From positions 161,946,001 through 162,010,000 of the forward strand of contig NC_086097.1 in assembly GCF_963921235.1 (NCBI RefSeq): DNA of 64,000 bases, given 5' to 3'. A program made the translations under genes and the position numbers. This DNA is from Mobula hypostoma (Eukaryota). The notes under the pieces are model-generated. The model did no database searches and had not been told where the DNA came from. It was given only the letters and a program-made list of their open reading frames with translations. Numbering within the stretch: the first letter of the stretch is position 1; every line of letters starts with the position of its first letter. Shown here one piece after another: positions 24,185 to 37,914 of the stretch.

Positions 24185-25730
24185 TTGGTAAATTAGTTTA
24201 TTACTGTCACATATACTGAGGTACAGTGAAAAACTTCGTTTTGCAAAACATCCATACAGATCATCTTATTACAACAGTGCATTGGGGTAGTACAAAGGAA
24301 AGCTATAACAGAATGTAAAATAAATCATTAGTTACAGAAAAAAATGTAGTCATTAAAGTGCAAGGACCAAATGAAGTAGATTGTATGTTTGAGGCTACCA
24401 TACTATGGTACTATTCAATAGTTTTATAACAGTGGGATAGAAGCTGTCCTTGAATCTGTTCTTGTATACTTTTAGGCTTTTGTATCTTCTACTCGATTGG
24501 GGGTGGGCGAGGAAACAAGATGTCCGGGATGGATAGGAATTATTTTAGCTGCTCTACTGAAGTAGTGGGAAATGTAGATGGAGTTCGTGGAGGTTGGATT
24601 CTGTAATGTGCTGAGCTATGTCTACAATTCAATGTAGTTTCTTGTGGTCTTGGGCAGAGCAGTTGCCCTATCAAGCTATGATACATCTGGATAGGATGCT
24701 TGCTCTGGTGCATCAATAAAAAAATCGGTGAGGGCTAAAGAGGATATGCCTAATTTCTTTGGCCTCTTCAGAAAGTAGAGGTGCTGGTGAACTTTCTGGG
24801 CTGTGGCATCAACATGGTTGCATAGACAGACTTCTGGTGATGTTCGCTTTGACTTCTAGCATCATTGATGTTAACAGGAGTGTGTGCAATGTCCCCTTTC
24901 CTAAAGTCAATGACCAGCTTTTTCATTTTGCTGATGTTGAGGGAAAGGTTGTTGACCTGACATCATGCCAATAGGCTCTCTACCTCCATCCTGTATTCTG
25001 ACTCATTATCATTTGAGATTTCAATCCACTGAAGTAGTGTCATCTGTTGACTTGCAGCTGGAGTTAGAGCAGAATTCCTATACGGTCATGAGTATAGAAG
25101 GCAAAGTAGGTAGCCAAAGATGCAGCGTTGTCATACACCAATGTTGTGGATAATTATGGTGGTCATGTTGCTGTTTGCCTTTACTGATTGTGGTCCATTA
25201 GTCAGGAAAACAAGAGTCCAGTTGCAAAAGGAGGTGTTTTTCCCCAGGGTTCTGAGTTATCTTAGAATATTTGCTTAGAATTATCTTAATAATAACAAAC
25301 AATAGTCTAATGTAGGTGGCTTTACTGACCAGTTCTCCAGAGATGAGTGTAAGGCCAGGGAGAAGGCATCCACTGTGGACCTATTTTGACAGTAGGCCAG
25401 TTGCAGTCGGTTGATGTTGTATGGAATGATGGTGTTGATCTGTGCCAGGACCAGCTTCTAAAAGCACTTCATGATGGTGGATGTCAGAGCCACCAGGCAG
25501 TAGTCATTAAGGCATGTTATCTTATTTTTCTTGCTACTAGGATGACAATGGTCTTTTTAAAGCATGTGGACGCCTCAGATTGAAGTAGGGAGAGGTTATA
25601 AATGTCTGCAATTACCCTCACCAACTGAACTGCGCAGGATCTGAGAACACTGCCGTGGACACGATCAGGGCTAAACACTTTCCATGGGTCCCCTCTTCAG
25701 AAAACTGATCTGAAGCATCCGCAATGGTCA
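24185..25730 (-). mobile_element. Degenerate Rex1/Babar-type LINE fragment
   Basis: 3' end and RT remnants resembling 59310-60100 and 30210-33000 in reverse orientation. Confidence 0.6.
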
Positions 25731-26369
25731 CTGTGCTAAGAATGTGCGACTGCTAAGAATTTCCAGGAGTTTCTATTTCAACTTCAGTTTTCCGCCATCT
25801 GCAGCTTCTTTTTGCTTGTTGATCAGATTGTGATTGCTGATTTTATTCTCCAACAATATAGTGTAAAATGAATTGAAAATAGAGAACTTCAATGATTACT
25901 TTGCTATTCGAATCTTACCTTGCTCCTGAGCTACAGTGTTGGAAAATGAGTGGGGTTTAAGATTTCCACTCCACTCTGAAATATAACAGGAATAATTTGT
26001 CTCATCAAAGACCCTATGTTTGAACTCAGGATCTGTGAGTTAAACTGTTTCTCTTTCTGGAGATACTACTTAACCTGATTTTTTTCATAAGCCCCAGCAT
26101 TTCATGCTTTTATTTCATATTTTCAACATCTGCAGTTTCACTTTGATTTTTCAGGATTCAATCTAGTTATTTCACCTTGACTGCTTAATTAGAATTTCTA
26201 TATCACTTATTATTTACACTTTAGGTTCAGTTCATCCAGATATTTAAAATAGTTCATAAAATTAGTGAATCAAATGATTAATCTGTAGAATATTTGGGAA
26301 AGAGAGCTGGTCTAAAATGAATCATTCCCCAAGTTTGAATTTAGCTTAATTTCTTTTAATGTTTGTTAG

Positions 26370-26449
26370 GTTAAGAATGATTACATGATGGACATAGCTG
26401 ATCAAGTGGACCAAGATATTGCACTGAAACTAGGGTGCCTTGAAATCAG
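26370..26449 (+). CDS. PTK2: PTK2/FAK coding exon, 80 bp
   Basis: tttgttag|GTT AAG...ATC AG|gtgagt; VKNDYMMDIADQVDQDIALKLGCLEI(R). Confidence 0.97.
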
Positions 26450-26469
26450 GTGAGTCCATTCCACCAATC

Positions 26470-26736
26470 AAAATTAGCTCTTTCACCAATCAACTTCCTA
26501 GCTCTTTACTTCATCCCTCCCCTTCCCGTTTCATCTGTTACCTTGTGTTTATCACTCCCCTCCCCTGACCTTTTAAATCTATTCCTCACTTTTTTTTGCT
26601 CCAGTCCTGCCAAAGTGTCTCTGCCCGAAATGTCGATTGTACCTTTTTCCATAGATGCTGCCTGGCCTGCTGAGTTCTGCCAGCATTTTGTGTGTGTTTC
26701 TTGGATTTCCAGTATCCGCAGATTTTCTGATGTTTG
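26470..26736 (+). mobile_element. Penelope-like 3' fragment with decayed hammerhead (26603-26638), about 20 bp from an exon donor
   Basis: ccagtcctgccaaagtgtctctgcccgaaatgtcgatt...atagatgctgcctggcctgctgagttc...gatttccag. Confidence 0.8.
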
Positions 26737-26964
26737 TGATTGGAAGCCCATTCCATATAACCTTACATTTGAGAAAAAACTTTTGACATCCAGTAGTACC
26801 AGAATATCACTTAATTGAGTTTATGGAAGTATTAATAGAAAGATCATAAAATAACTATCAGCAAGCCATCAGGTGAACCAATTACCATTAAAAATGTTGC
26901 ATATCATTTACAAATCTGGTTTGTGATCAGCAAGTGATTTTTAAAAAAACATTGTTTCAGTTTT

Positions 26965-27138
26965 AAAAGTTGCTGGTGAACGCAGCAGGCCAGGCAGCAT
27001 CTCTAGGAAGAGGTACAGTCTTGGCCCGAAATGTCGATAGTACCTCTTCCTAGAGATGCTGCCTGGCCTGCTGCATTCAACAGCAACTTTTATGTATGTT
27101 GCTTGAATTTCCAGCATCTGCAGAATTCCTCGTGTTTG
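26965..27138. mobile_element. Mini foldback Penelope-like insertion with a 13-bp TSD
   Basis: Arms 26964-27016 and 27040-27092 are inverted (2 mismatches in 53 bp); TSD ttgtttcagtttt at 26952-26964 and 27139-27151. Confidence 0.85.
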
Positions 27139-27885
27139 TTGTTTCAGTTTTTGTTGATTTGACTGTCAGTACTTGCACATCATAGGATTTTTCTCATGTT
27201 TTTCTAATGCCTTCACTGTATTTTAAGACTGGTAGAATTTGTTTTTATTCAATATCTTCTTACATGGAGATGAATTCTGAATTTTAAAGGTAAAATAAGG
27301 GATAATTCATTGTCAATATATCAAATGTTTCTTGCATTCAATAATGTTTATAATCTCTCTTAATTCAACAATGAAATAGCTGAAGTTATTGCAATCTCAC
27401 TAAAAATAATTAAATTGCACCAACATCCTTGCACGCTGCAATTTTCTCTGACAAACTTTGTATTAATTTTTATCACCTGAAACTTTTTGTGAAATCACAT
27501 CTTTTTCTAATACCTTCTCATCCGAAACTTCTACCAATCCCCCCCATTATGCTCATTTTGTGTTATCTATTGGCAAATGATCTTTATCTTCAGCTTGAAA
27601 TAATATTCAAGCTTAGTGGCAGTATAGGGAGTGTTTTTCAACTATTTTTCTCCTCACTAATTTTAGCAGTAAACACTATTTATAAAGCGTGGATTAGATT
27701 TCACCAAGGAGTTTTATAAAGAATGAAATGATTGATAAAGAATATCATATAGAGTGAACCATAGAACTTTTAGACTGTAACTTTTGTGCTTTTTTTTGGT
27801 AGTTGAAGCAAGAATAGGCCAGTCAATTACCTGACAATGTTATGCTGTTCTGTAAGAATTCATTGCTTTTGTTTTTTTAAAACAG

Positions 27886-27948
27886 GAGATTCTACAGAGA
27901 AATGCGGGGAAATGCCTTGGAAAAGAAATCCAATTATGAATTACTGGA
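27886..27948 (+). CDS. PTK2: PTK2/FAK coding exon, 63 bp
   Basis: ttttaaaacag|G AGA TTC...CTG GA|gtgagt; RFYREMRGNALEKKSNYELL(E). Confidence 0.97.
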
Positions 27949-28015
27949 GTGAGTAATTTATTGTTGTATTTCAGTTTTATTTATTTGACTGTGTGAGCAA
28001 TTGATTTGCACATAT

Positions 28016-28580
28016 CTCAAGGGACTGGCAGCTGTTGGTGGACCTCGAAGGGCAGCTGAAGTTCCCCAACCATATCGCAGCCACCACCCTGCGACCAGAC
28101 ATTGTCCTAGTGTCTGAGTCTACTGAGCAAGTGGTGCTGCTGGAGCTGACAGTCCCATGGGAAGATAGCTTGGAGGAGGCCTTTGAAAGGAAACTCTCCA
28201 AGTACGCAGGACTGGTCAGCAACTGTCAGCAGGCTGGATGGAGAGCGGGGTGTCTCCCAGTGGAGGTTGGTTGTAGGGGATTCATAGCCCGTTGTTTAGT
28301 TAGAGCCTTCAGCATTTTGGGCATCGACGGAGAGAGGAAGAGGAGAGTCATTCGCAGTACCACCGATGCGGCAGAGAGGGCCTCAAGATGGCTGTGGCTC
28401 AAAAGAGGGGAGCCATGGAGTCATAAGTAGCTAGCCATCTGGACACAAGCTGGGGTCTGATCAGCTCCGGCTGGGTCACCTGGAGGAGGTTGTATGATGT
28501 TGAAAGACCCGAAACACCCGATGATTCCAGGAACATCACTGAAGATGTGTCCAGAAGCATCAATAGATGTATGTACACAG
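28016..28580 (+). mobile_element. R2-superfamily (HERO-like) non-LTR retrotransposon 3' end with restriction-like endonuclease
   Basis: ORF 28035-28430: TTLRPDIVLVSES..QVVLLELTVPWE..LEEAFERKLSKY...PVEVGCRGF, a PD-(D/E)xK RLE domain. Confidence 0.85.
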
Positions 28581-30209
28581 TATTTTGGAATGAACAGCAG
28601 AATTATTTCTTTATTTTGTATTTGGTATGAGCAGAAATATCACTTGAGTGATTTTGATATGAATTGTAAATCCATCACCTGAGATAAAACATTAGGTATT
28701 AAAATGATCTTCATATTTTATGAGTTAGTATTTCGGAAATTTACATGTAGGAAGGTTGATATGCTCTTGTAAAATTAGACGACTGCAAATATTGGAAAAC
28801 CAAAATGCAAATAGAAAATGGGGCAACCATCTGGCAGGCCACACAGCATCTAATGAGAGAGAAAAATGGTTCCTTGTGGCTAGAGCATGGTCCAATAAAT
28901 AAATAATATATATTGTTGATATTTTATCACAGGAACAAGCCATTTATTCTAATCGTCCATGCCAGTGTTTATACTCCATATTCTATCTGTTTTAAATTAC
29001 TCCCACATATATCTGGCTTATCTTTAAATATGTTATGGTATGCCACTTGAATTACTGATTTTGATACAAGTTTCACATTTTGATGATCCTGGGGCAGCAG
29101 AAATTTCTCTTGAATTCCCATTTTCAATTAATCATGACTATCTTGTATTTAGGGTCTCCAGTACTGTAAGTAGAACATCCTCTCCACACCTATCCATCAA
29201 AGTTAATTCATGACCTTAGCAGTATGCAGTCCTGCAGAAAGTTTTGTCTTTTACAGGGAAGACACCATCTCCCAAGGATGTTATTTCCAATATAATACAG
29301 CCAAAGTTCCATAAATATTTTAATGTATTTCTTGTTCAGATATTTGAAAGTGTTTGCACAGATGACGGAGCCACATTCTGTGAATTTCAGATACATGATA
29401 AAGTGAACATTTGATGTACATAAGTGTCGGGGCCAGAAGAATGCAATTTTCCATCCAGTTGAAAAAATATGATTGCTAGTTTATTGCTGATAATGCAGTG
29501 ATTTTGATAGTACAGCAATTGTTTTCATTCTCTGAAATTAAATTGATATTTCTTCCTGCTATGATTAAAATCAGTATAAGATCCAGTTTTGCTTTTTCTT
29601 TCAGATGAGCTACTCCACAGATTAGCTTTTAGCAACTAAGTTATCAACAGTAGGATGATTTTTACAAATTAATAGTGGTCAGATTGGTCACTGTGTTTAC
29701 TGATTAGAACATGCAAAGACCCACAGGACGGTATAGATACATATTTAAACCGAAATCCTGTTTTACCTAATAGATTTCAACCAGTTGCCTTTTATCAAGC
29801 CCAAAGGACTAAACAAATAGTTTGAATGATGATCACTTTTATTAATTTAGTTGACGATGAAACAATTTGTGGTGCGATGTTGGAGGGAATAAAGGATTAA
29901 CCAGGACTCCATTAAATGGAGTTGGTCTGAGAGACCTAGATGCCTATTCCTGCTTTTGTTTTTCATGTACATTTGGATTTCTTTTAACTTGTTTTGGTGT
30001 TACTTTTAGAGTTAATGATAATACAAATTAAACTTACTATAGATAAGATTGACGCCTTTCACCCCATCCACTCAATTTCTGCTCTTCATGTGGCCACTCA
30101 CTGCTGTTTCAGCAGAGTTCAGGTGAAACTGTGCATTTCAAAATTCATGTTCTCTCAGTGCCAAATCAATAAACCTAAGTTTCAGATCTGAAAAGCTTGA
30201 ATAGATGGC

Positions 30210-32999
30210 CACTACCTCGGAAGAAGCGCCAGAGGTGAAGGAGCAGGGCCGGCATACTGGTGAGGCTGAGATGGCGTGCAAATCGGCCGCCGCTCCCTAG
30301 CATACCCCTGGCTAACGTTCAGTCCCTGGACAGCAAGCTTTGTGAACTGTGAGCCAGAATCTCTTATCAGCAGGAAACAAAGGAATGCAACATTCTGTGC
30401 TTCGTGGAGACCTGGCTGACGGAGGAGATACCGGATCATGCCATCGAGCCCTCTGGGTTCTCCCTGTTCCGGGCGGACAGGTCAAGAAACCTCTCTGGGA
30501 AGAGTAAAGGAGAAGAGGTATGCTTCACGGTCAACAATGCTTGGTGCAAACCCCAGAATGTGCATACACTCAAATCCTTTTGTTTCCAAGACCTGGAATA
30601 CCTGGTGCTGCTGTGCAGATCGTACTGGCTGTCTAGGGAGTTCACGGCTATTATTACAGCGGTGTTCATTCCGCTGCAGGCTGATGCTGACCTGGCTCTC
30701 AAGGAACTGTACGAGACCATCAACACACTGGAGACTGCACACACGGAGGCTGCCTTCATTGTCACCGATGATATTAATCAAGTGTCACTGATGAAAGTCT
30801 CTCCGAAGTTTTGTCAGTACATCCAGGTGAGCACTCATGGAGATAAAGATACTTGACCACTGTTACACTCCCTTCCGCAATGCTTACAAAGCTCTCTTTC
30901 ACCCAGCTTTTGGAAAGTCAGGTCACTCTTCAATCCTGCTTTTGCCAATGTACAGGCAGGAGCTAAAACAAGAGGCAGCTATAGTTAAAACCGTCCACTG
31001 TTGGTCTGACCAATTGCCCTCCAAGCTGCAGGACTGCTTTGATGATGTCAACTGGAATGTCTTCCATGATGAGGATATCTCCGAGTTCTCTGATGGAATC
31101 ACCTGCTTCATCTGGAAGTGCATCCCCCAAAAGTCGGTCAGGGTCTTCCCGAGCCAGAAACCCTGTATCAATTGTTCCACGCGGGCAGCACTTACCGCAT
31201 GACATAGAGCTTACATTGCCAGTGGTCAGCTAGGGCTCAAGAAAAGCAGCTATGGTCTGCGCAGTGTTATCAAGGCTGCGAAGCAACAATACAGGGACAA
31301 GATTGAGTCAAGATCCACCATGAATAGCACGCATGACTTGTGGCGAGGGCTGCATACCATTGCAGACTTCAAAGCCAAACGTTGTGCCGCCAACATCGTG
31401 GCCTCTCTCCCAGATGAGCTCAATCACTTTTATGCTCAGTTCGATGTTGCTAATTCTGAACGTCCGAGGAAAGCCACCGCTATAACCTGCAACCCGGTTA
31501 TCCCTGAGGCTGAGGTACACAGATGTTTCCAACAAGTGGACAGTCACAAGGCTGTGGGACCGGACAGCATCCCAGGGCGAGTATTCAGGATGTGCGCAGC
31601 ACAACTGGCAGGTGTGTCTACTGACATTTTTAATCTCTCCCTCTCCCAGTGTGGAGTGCCCTCCTGCTTTAAATTATCCACCATTGTCCCTGTACCAAAA
31701 GAGAGCAAAATAACATGTCTGAACGACTGGCGTCCTGTAGCCCTCACTTCGTTAATAAGCAAATTCTTTGAGAGGCTAGTCAAGGATTACATCTGCAGCT
31801 TGCTATCACCCAAACTGGACCCTTTGCAATTCGCCTACCGACAGAACCGATCGACAGATGACACAATAGCTACTGCTCTACATGCTGTCTTTACACATGT
31901 GGAGAAGGAGGATGCTTATGTGAGAATGCTGTTCTTGACCACAGTTCAGCATTCAACACCATAGTTCCATCAAGGCTCAGAGACCTCAGCCTTGACCCTG
32001 TCTTGTGCAGCTGGATCCTGGACTTCCTGTCAGATTGCCGGCACGTGGTAAGAGTGGGCTCCTTCATCTCCACCCCTTTGACTCTTAATACCGGAGCCCG
32101 TCAGGGCTGCGTACTAAATCCCCTCCTTTACTCCCCGTATACCCATGACTGTGTTGCCACCCACAGCTTTAATCTGCTAATTAAATTTGCCAACGACCAT
32201 ACATTGATAGGCCTTATCTCAAACAATAATGAGGTGGCCTACAGGGAAGAAGTCATCTCTCTTGACACAGTGGAGTCAAGAAAACAACCTCTCCCTCAAT
32301 GTCGCAAAAACAGAGGAGCTGGTTGTGGATTACAGGAGAAGTAGAGACGGGCTAACCCCTATTGACATCAACGGATCGCGGGTTGAGAGGGTAAGCACTG
32401 TTAAGTTCCTTGGCATCCACATCATCGAGGACCTCACATGATCTGTACACACCTGCTGTGTGGTGAAAAGGCAAACCTCAGACGGTTAAGGAAGTTTGGT
32501 ATGGCCCCCCAAATCCTAAGAACTTTCTTTCGGGGCACAACTGAGAGCATTGGCTGTCTGCATCACTGCCTGGTTTAGAAACTGTACCTCCCTTAATCCC
32601 AGGACTCTGCAGAGAGTGGTGCAGACAGCCCAGCGCATCTGCAATTGTGAACTTCCCATGATTCAGGACATTTACAAAGACAGGTATGTAGAAAGGTCCC
32701 GTAGGATCATTGGGGACCCAAGTCAACCCAACCACAATCTATTCCAGCTGCTACCATCCAGGAAACGGTACCGCAGCATAAAAGTCAGGACCAATGGGCT
32801 CCGGGACAGCTTCTTCCACCAGGCCATCAGACTGATTAACTCACACTGATTTGAGTGTATTCTATGTTACATTGGATGTTCTATTTATTATAAATTACTA
32901 TGATTGCACATTGCACATTTAGATGGAGATATAACGTAAAAATTTTTAGTTCTCATGTATGTGAAGGATGTAAGAAATAAAGTCAATTCAATTCAATTC
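30210..32999 (+). mobile_element. Near-full-length Rex1/Babar LINE, frameshifted (APE and RT)
   Basis: [80 protein letters not shown]; 3' end aataaagtc(aattc)n. Confidence 0.92.
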
Positions 33000-33339
33000 G
33001 CAGATACCGCCTAGCTGGGTGAATGTTTCCAACAAACTTAGTTATACTGCTTACAGTTTGATTTCCTGAAACCTATCTTCAATGGTACTTCACCTCATAT
33101 TTATCACATTCTTGGTACTTTTTACGTATCTAATGCTTGTGTAAAGGTCTAATAGCAATCCTTTATAAGTTTATTGGATGCAATTGGATTCTTCCCAGGC
33201 TGTATTGCAATTGTTATTATTGTGTCTGTCACAACAGTTTTATTTCATTCATTCTTTTGACTAAGTCATTGGTCCTCTCAAGCCCAATTTAAAAAGTTTT
33301 AAAAATCATTATATTAGCAATAATAGCAGACACAGGCTA

Positions 33340-33990
33340 TTTTCTTCCTTGTGCCAACAATTAATAAAATTATTGTTGACCTTTTACATTTGTGATACTT
33401 TCATGTATTAATTCTATGTCTCTTGATTCCTTGAATGTTTGAAACCTATCCTTTTCTGTTTGAATATAATCCACAGCTTATTTGAGAGCAAATTCCAGAG
33501 ATTCACTACTCTTTAGGTGAAAACATTCTTCTCATCTGTGTCTTGAATGGGAGAACTCTTATTTTGAGACTGTGATTCCTGGTTCTAGGCACCCCTGCCA
33601 GAGGTAACATCAGTTCTGATTCAGGCCTGTCAAATCCTTGAGAGTTTTGTATATTTCATTAAAATCGCTGATCATTCTTCTAAGCTTGAGAGTATAGGCC
33701 ATGTTTGCTTCAACTCTCCCTTTGCAACAAAATATGTCATCCCAGGAATTATTTTTGTTATCTTTCACTGCACTACTGTCATAAGTATTAATTCTACACA
33801 CAGTAATTCAGATAAAGGCTAACAAGATTCTGTGTAATTAGAAGAGTTGGTCTCTACCCTTGCACCCAATCCTTCTGCGGCATAGGCTAGTGTACGTTTA
33901 GTCTTCCTCCTGTTTTGTAAGCTAACTTTCATACGTTTATTTGTTTGGACACACGGATCCCTGAAAACACAAGTGGTTTTCAATCTCAAG
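33340..33990 (-). mobile_element. Old CR1 3' fragment
   Basis: Degenerate reverse complement of the CR1 ORF2 C-terminus and 3' UTR. Confidence 0.55.
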
Positions 33991-35389
33991 TCAAAGCTTT
34001 ATTTCTGTGTTAAATAAAATATTTATTCAATTGGTGCAGAATTTTTTTTGAAAAGACTTGTACCACAATTGAATTTCACTGAGATATAAATACCCCATAT
34101 GTGGATACTTAGATACATGGATACTAGAATAGACTAGACAATTGCATGACATATTCTATCTGGCAAATGTTGTAGACATCTAAGGCTGTTTTTGAGTTGT
34201 AATTTAAAGAATATATTCCAACACTTGATTTGAGCAAAACTGTTCAAGAAATAACTGAATAAATTTTGAATATTGTAGGAGTCGCATAATTATGACTAGA
34301 TTCAAATAGATGAACTTGCTGTAATTTGTACCAGTGTGATTTGGTAGTTTACTAGTTGGGTGATTTCCTTTTGTGCATTAGAGTTGCTATCAACTCCATC
34401 AGCAGATGGTTCTGAAAGATGCTATGTAGCTTGTGGTTTAATGTTTTGCCTGAAGCTGACCTACCAATGTGAGGATGTCAGATGTCAAAGATTTCTTTTA
34501 ATTTCTGTGGATCTTTCCCTGTGGCTGTTGAAAATGCATATGTTCCAGCATTTGGTGAACATCTTGAAATTTAATCATAAGTTGCACATGAGTGTATTTC
34601 CTCAGGGTTTTCATTGGATATTGAATATAGACAGAAGTTTTAGTGACTCAGCAAAACTATGTATCCATAAATTATTATTAGGGATAATCATTAGCAAACA
34701 AAAAGTGTTCTTTTTTATATAGAACAGAATTTGTTGATTAAAGATGTTTTGGAGAAAGCAGTATTCCATTTTTTTGAGGTACATTTGCATTTCACTGTGG
34801 CGTCTGGGAAATTAAAATTCAAGCATTCAAAAAACAAAAATTTTAAAATAAGTTAGTTAATGGCATGCTGTTGTAAAACTCCATCTGACTTAATGTGATC
34901 TTTCAGGAAAATTTTCTGTTCTCGCTCAATCTGGCCCTATGATCCAGATTTGGTCTACTCAGTTCAGGTGTAATTAAGGTTGGATATCAAATACTGAACA
35001 ATGTCAAGTTTTTCTCAAGAAAGAAAATTTTAAGCAGTATTTTCATCAGACCGAATGTATATTTATTTCTTTATCACCTATGATTGCTGTCCATTGCTTA
35101 AAACAAAGTAAAATATTTGCTCTGTTAATAGTAAGTTAGATTCTGCTTTTGAATACCAGTTATGTCTTAATTTCTTTCTGCACAAAATATTCTGAGGAAA
35201 TAAGGTATTCTAACAATCAGGTATAGACTTTGGTGAAAGCAACCAAAATTAATGCATAGTTGCATGTTCAGGAAATGAAAAACATGTTACAAGTGCAAAA
35301 TTGCAGTATTGAGGAAGGGAAAAAAGTTATATCATTAGAATATGCGAATGGAAATAAATCAATGATTAAGCTAACAGAGTATTCTCCCC

Positions 35390-35660
35390 CTCAGCCCCAG
35401 CAATCCAGATTCAATCCTGGCTTCTGGGCTGTCTTTGCGGAGTTTAAATGTTTTCCCCGTGACCATATGGGTCCTCCTGAGGGCCAGTTTCTTCCTTCAG
35501 CCCTAAGACTGGGTTGGTAAGTTTATTGACTATATAAATTGCTTTTAGTGTGTTGGTGAGTGGTAGAGTTTGGGTGGATAGGAGTTAATGGAGAATAGAT
35601 ACAGGAAAAATTAGTGAGGGAAGGGAATTTATCTGTGAGCCAGCATAGTCTCAATGGACC
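35390..35660 (+). mobile_element. SINE related to 4010-4335
   Basis: gattcaatcctggcttct...gtctttgcggagtttaaatgttttccccgtgacc...; shares a ggtgagtggtaga tail with 4196-4208. Confidence 0.55.
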
Positions 35661-36461
35661 AAAATGCCTTATTATTGTGAGTTCTTAGGTTATGTTTTCA
35701 TATAAAGGGAGCAAAATCTTGCATTTATTATTTGTTATGTTTTTAGAATTGTCCTGAAAGGACTTTCATAAGAATCCATTGAATTTGGAAATGATAATGC
35801 ACTAGAAAATTTGTGAATACTAGTGCCATATAAGCAGCAAAGTTTATCAAGGTAATGGGCAAAATTTTTCCTCTTTAATTGAATACTGCCACGGTTGAAT
35901 GAGATATGGGTAGAGAGGATGGATGAGGTAGTGTTAAGGAGCTCAAAAGAAACAACACCCAAAAGTTTGAACAGACCAACAGAACCTTAATTTAGTGTCT
36001 AAGACCAGGTCTTAGAACAGACCTATACTGAATGTGTGTGGATTCACATGAAGTGAACAGATTTCGGACCCTGAGGCAAAACATCACATGAAGAGCTTCT
36101 GCCTCACAGTATGATTTAAGTTAGAAAATCACATGGGAAAAAAAGCTTAGAAATGCTAAATACTTCACAATGTTGTTAAGGATTGCAATTGAAATATATC
36201 TGTTTATAAATATTAGTAAGTGTCATACCAATTCCCCAACACATACAGCTAGAACAATCAAGCAATATGTAAAGCTAAGAAGGATGTTTAGAGCAACAAG
36301 TGTTAGGATGTGGAATGCATTACTAGATTGACTTAGGAAAGAAGTTAATAGTTGCTTTCAAAACAGGTTTGGATGACTATTTGAAGCAGCAAAGATTGCA
36401 TAGCTGTGGGAAGCATTAGATTCTTTTAATAAAGAGCTTATACAAGTGCCAACTTTGAGCA

Positions 36462-37914
36462 CAGGTGTCCCCCGCTTTTCGAACGTTCGCTTTACGAAAC
36501 CTCACTGTTACGAAAGACCTACATTAGTTCCCGGTTTTCACTGACAGAAGGTGTTTTCACTGTTACGAAAAAAAGCAGCGCACGCCTGGAGCAGCCGCTC
36601 TCCCACGGATTCGGAACTGCATTCTCGCCGGCATTGCTTAAACACGTGCCTGTCAGCAGCCGTTAGCAAGATGAGCTCTAAGGTATCGGAAAAGCCTAAA
36701 AGAGCTCTTAAGGGCATTACACTTAGTGTAAAACTAGACATAATTAAGCGTTTCGATCGTGGTGAACAAAGTAAGGACAAAGTGAGTTTGGCTTGTGAAA
36801 GTTGACGAAGATGATGTTGAAGAGGTTTTGGCATCTCATGACTAAGAACTGATAGATGATAGATGCAATTGGAAGAGGAAAGGATAACAATTGAAACCGA
36901 ATGCAGTAGCAAACGGACCGAAAGTGAAATCGTTCAGGAACTGAATGTGAAGCAACTGCATGAGATTTTCGCTGCAATGATAAAGTACGACTTTAATTTT
37001 GAAAGGGTACGTCGGTTTAGGGCATATTTGCAGGATAGTTTGAGTGCTTACAAAGAACTGTATGATCTAAAAATGCGCGAGGCTAAGCAGTCAAGCAAGC
37101 CTTCCACATCAGCCACAGCAGGCGATGAACCCCGACCTTCGACATCGAGGCAGGCAGTCATAGGAGAAGATGACCTGCCTGCCCCGATGGAAACAGACAA
37201 TACCCCAGTGTCCCACCACCCCAACCCCCGGGCCGCGGACAGATACTGATTCACGAAGAATGCAGCGGTAGCCGGGAGGCACCCAGCAGATCTTTAAGAA
37301 AAAAAGCCGAAATAAACAAGCTAATTAATTAGGTGTCGCCCGGCACGTAAATGTCGACCAAAAAAAAAATCGGTTGGCGGCCTGGAAGGTGGGGGCCACT
37401 GCACCACCCCAACCTCCGACTCAGCCTCACACATCATTGTCAGTGTGCTCGATGTCTTCCCGATTCCTGTAAGTGATACTACACTGTACATACATTATTT
37501 CTACTTTATATAGGCTGTGTATTTTTAGGTGTTATTTGGTATGATTTGGCAGCTTCATAGCTTAAAGGTTACTGGAGAGAGTGTTTCTGCCGACGGCGTT
37601 TGCGCTGTGTTTCTGTCGAGAGCACTTGCGTGAGATTTTCGCTACGGAGAACAGTGCGGCAATGATTGTGGAAAAGTATTTCTACTTTATGTAGGCTGTG
37701 TATTCATCATATCATTCCTGCTTTTACTATATGTTACTATTATTTTAGGTTTTATGTGTTATTTGGCATGATTTGGTAGGTTATTTTTGGGTCTGCGAAT
37801 GCTCACAAATTTTTCCCATATAAATAAATGGTAATTGCTTCTTCGCTTTACGACATTCCGGTTTACGAACCGTTTCATAGGAACACTCTACCTTCAGATG
37901 CCGGGGGAAACCTG
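36462..37914 (+). mobile_element. Tigger/pogo-type DNA transposon, internally deleted
   Basis: 13-bp TIRs caggtgtcccccg / cgggggaaacctg with TA on the right; CENP-B/psq-like N-terminus MSSKVSEKPKRALKGITLSVKLDIIKRFDRGE joined to the C-terminal tail, DDE domain absent. Confidence 0.85.

Noticed and set aside
26964..27092. Orthologue of miR-151
   Set aside because: miR-151 is a mammalian L2-derived miRNA; this hairpin is PLE-derived with its own TSD, so any parallel is only analogy
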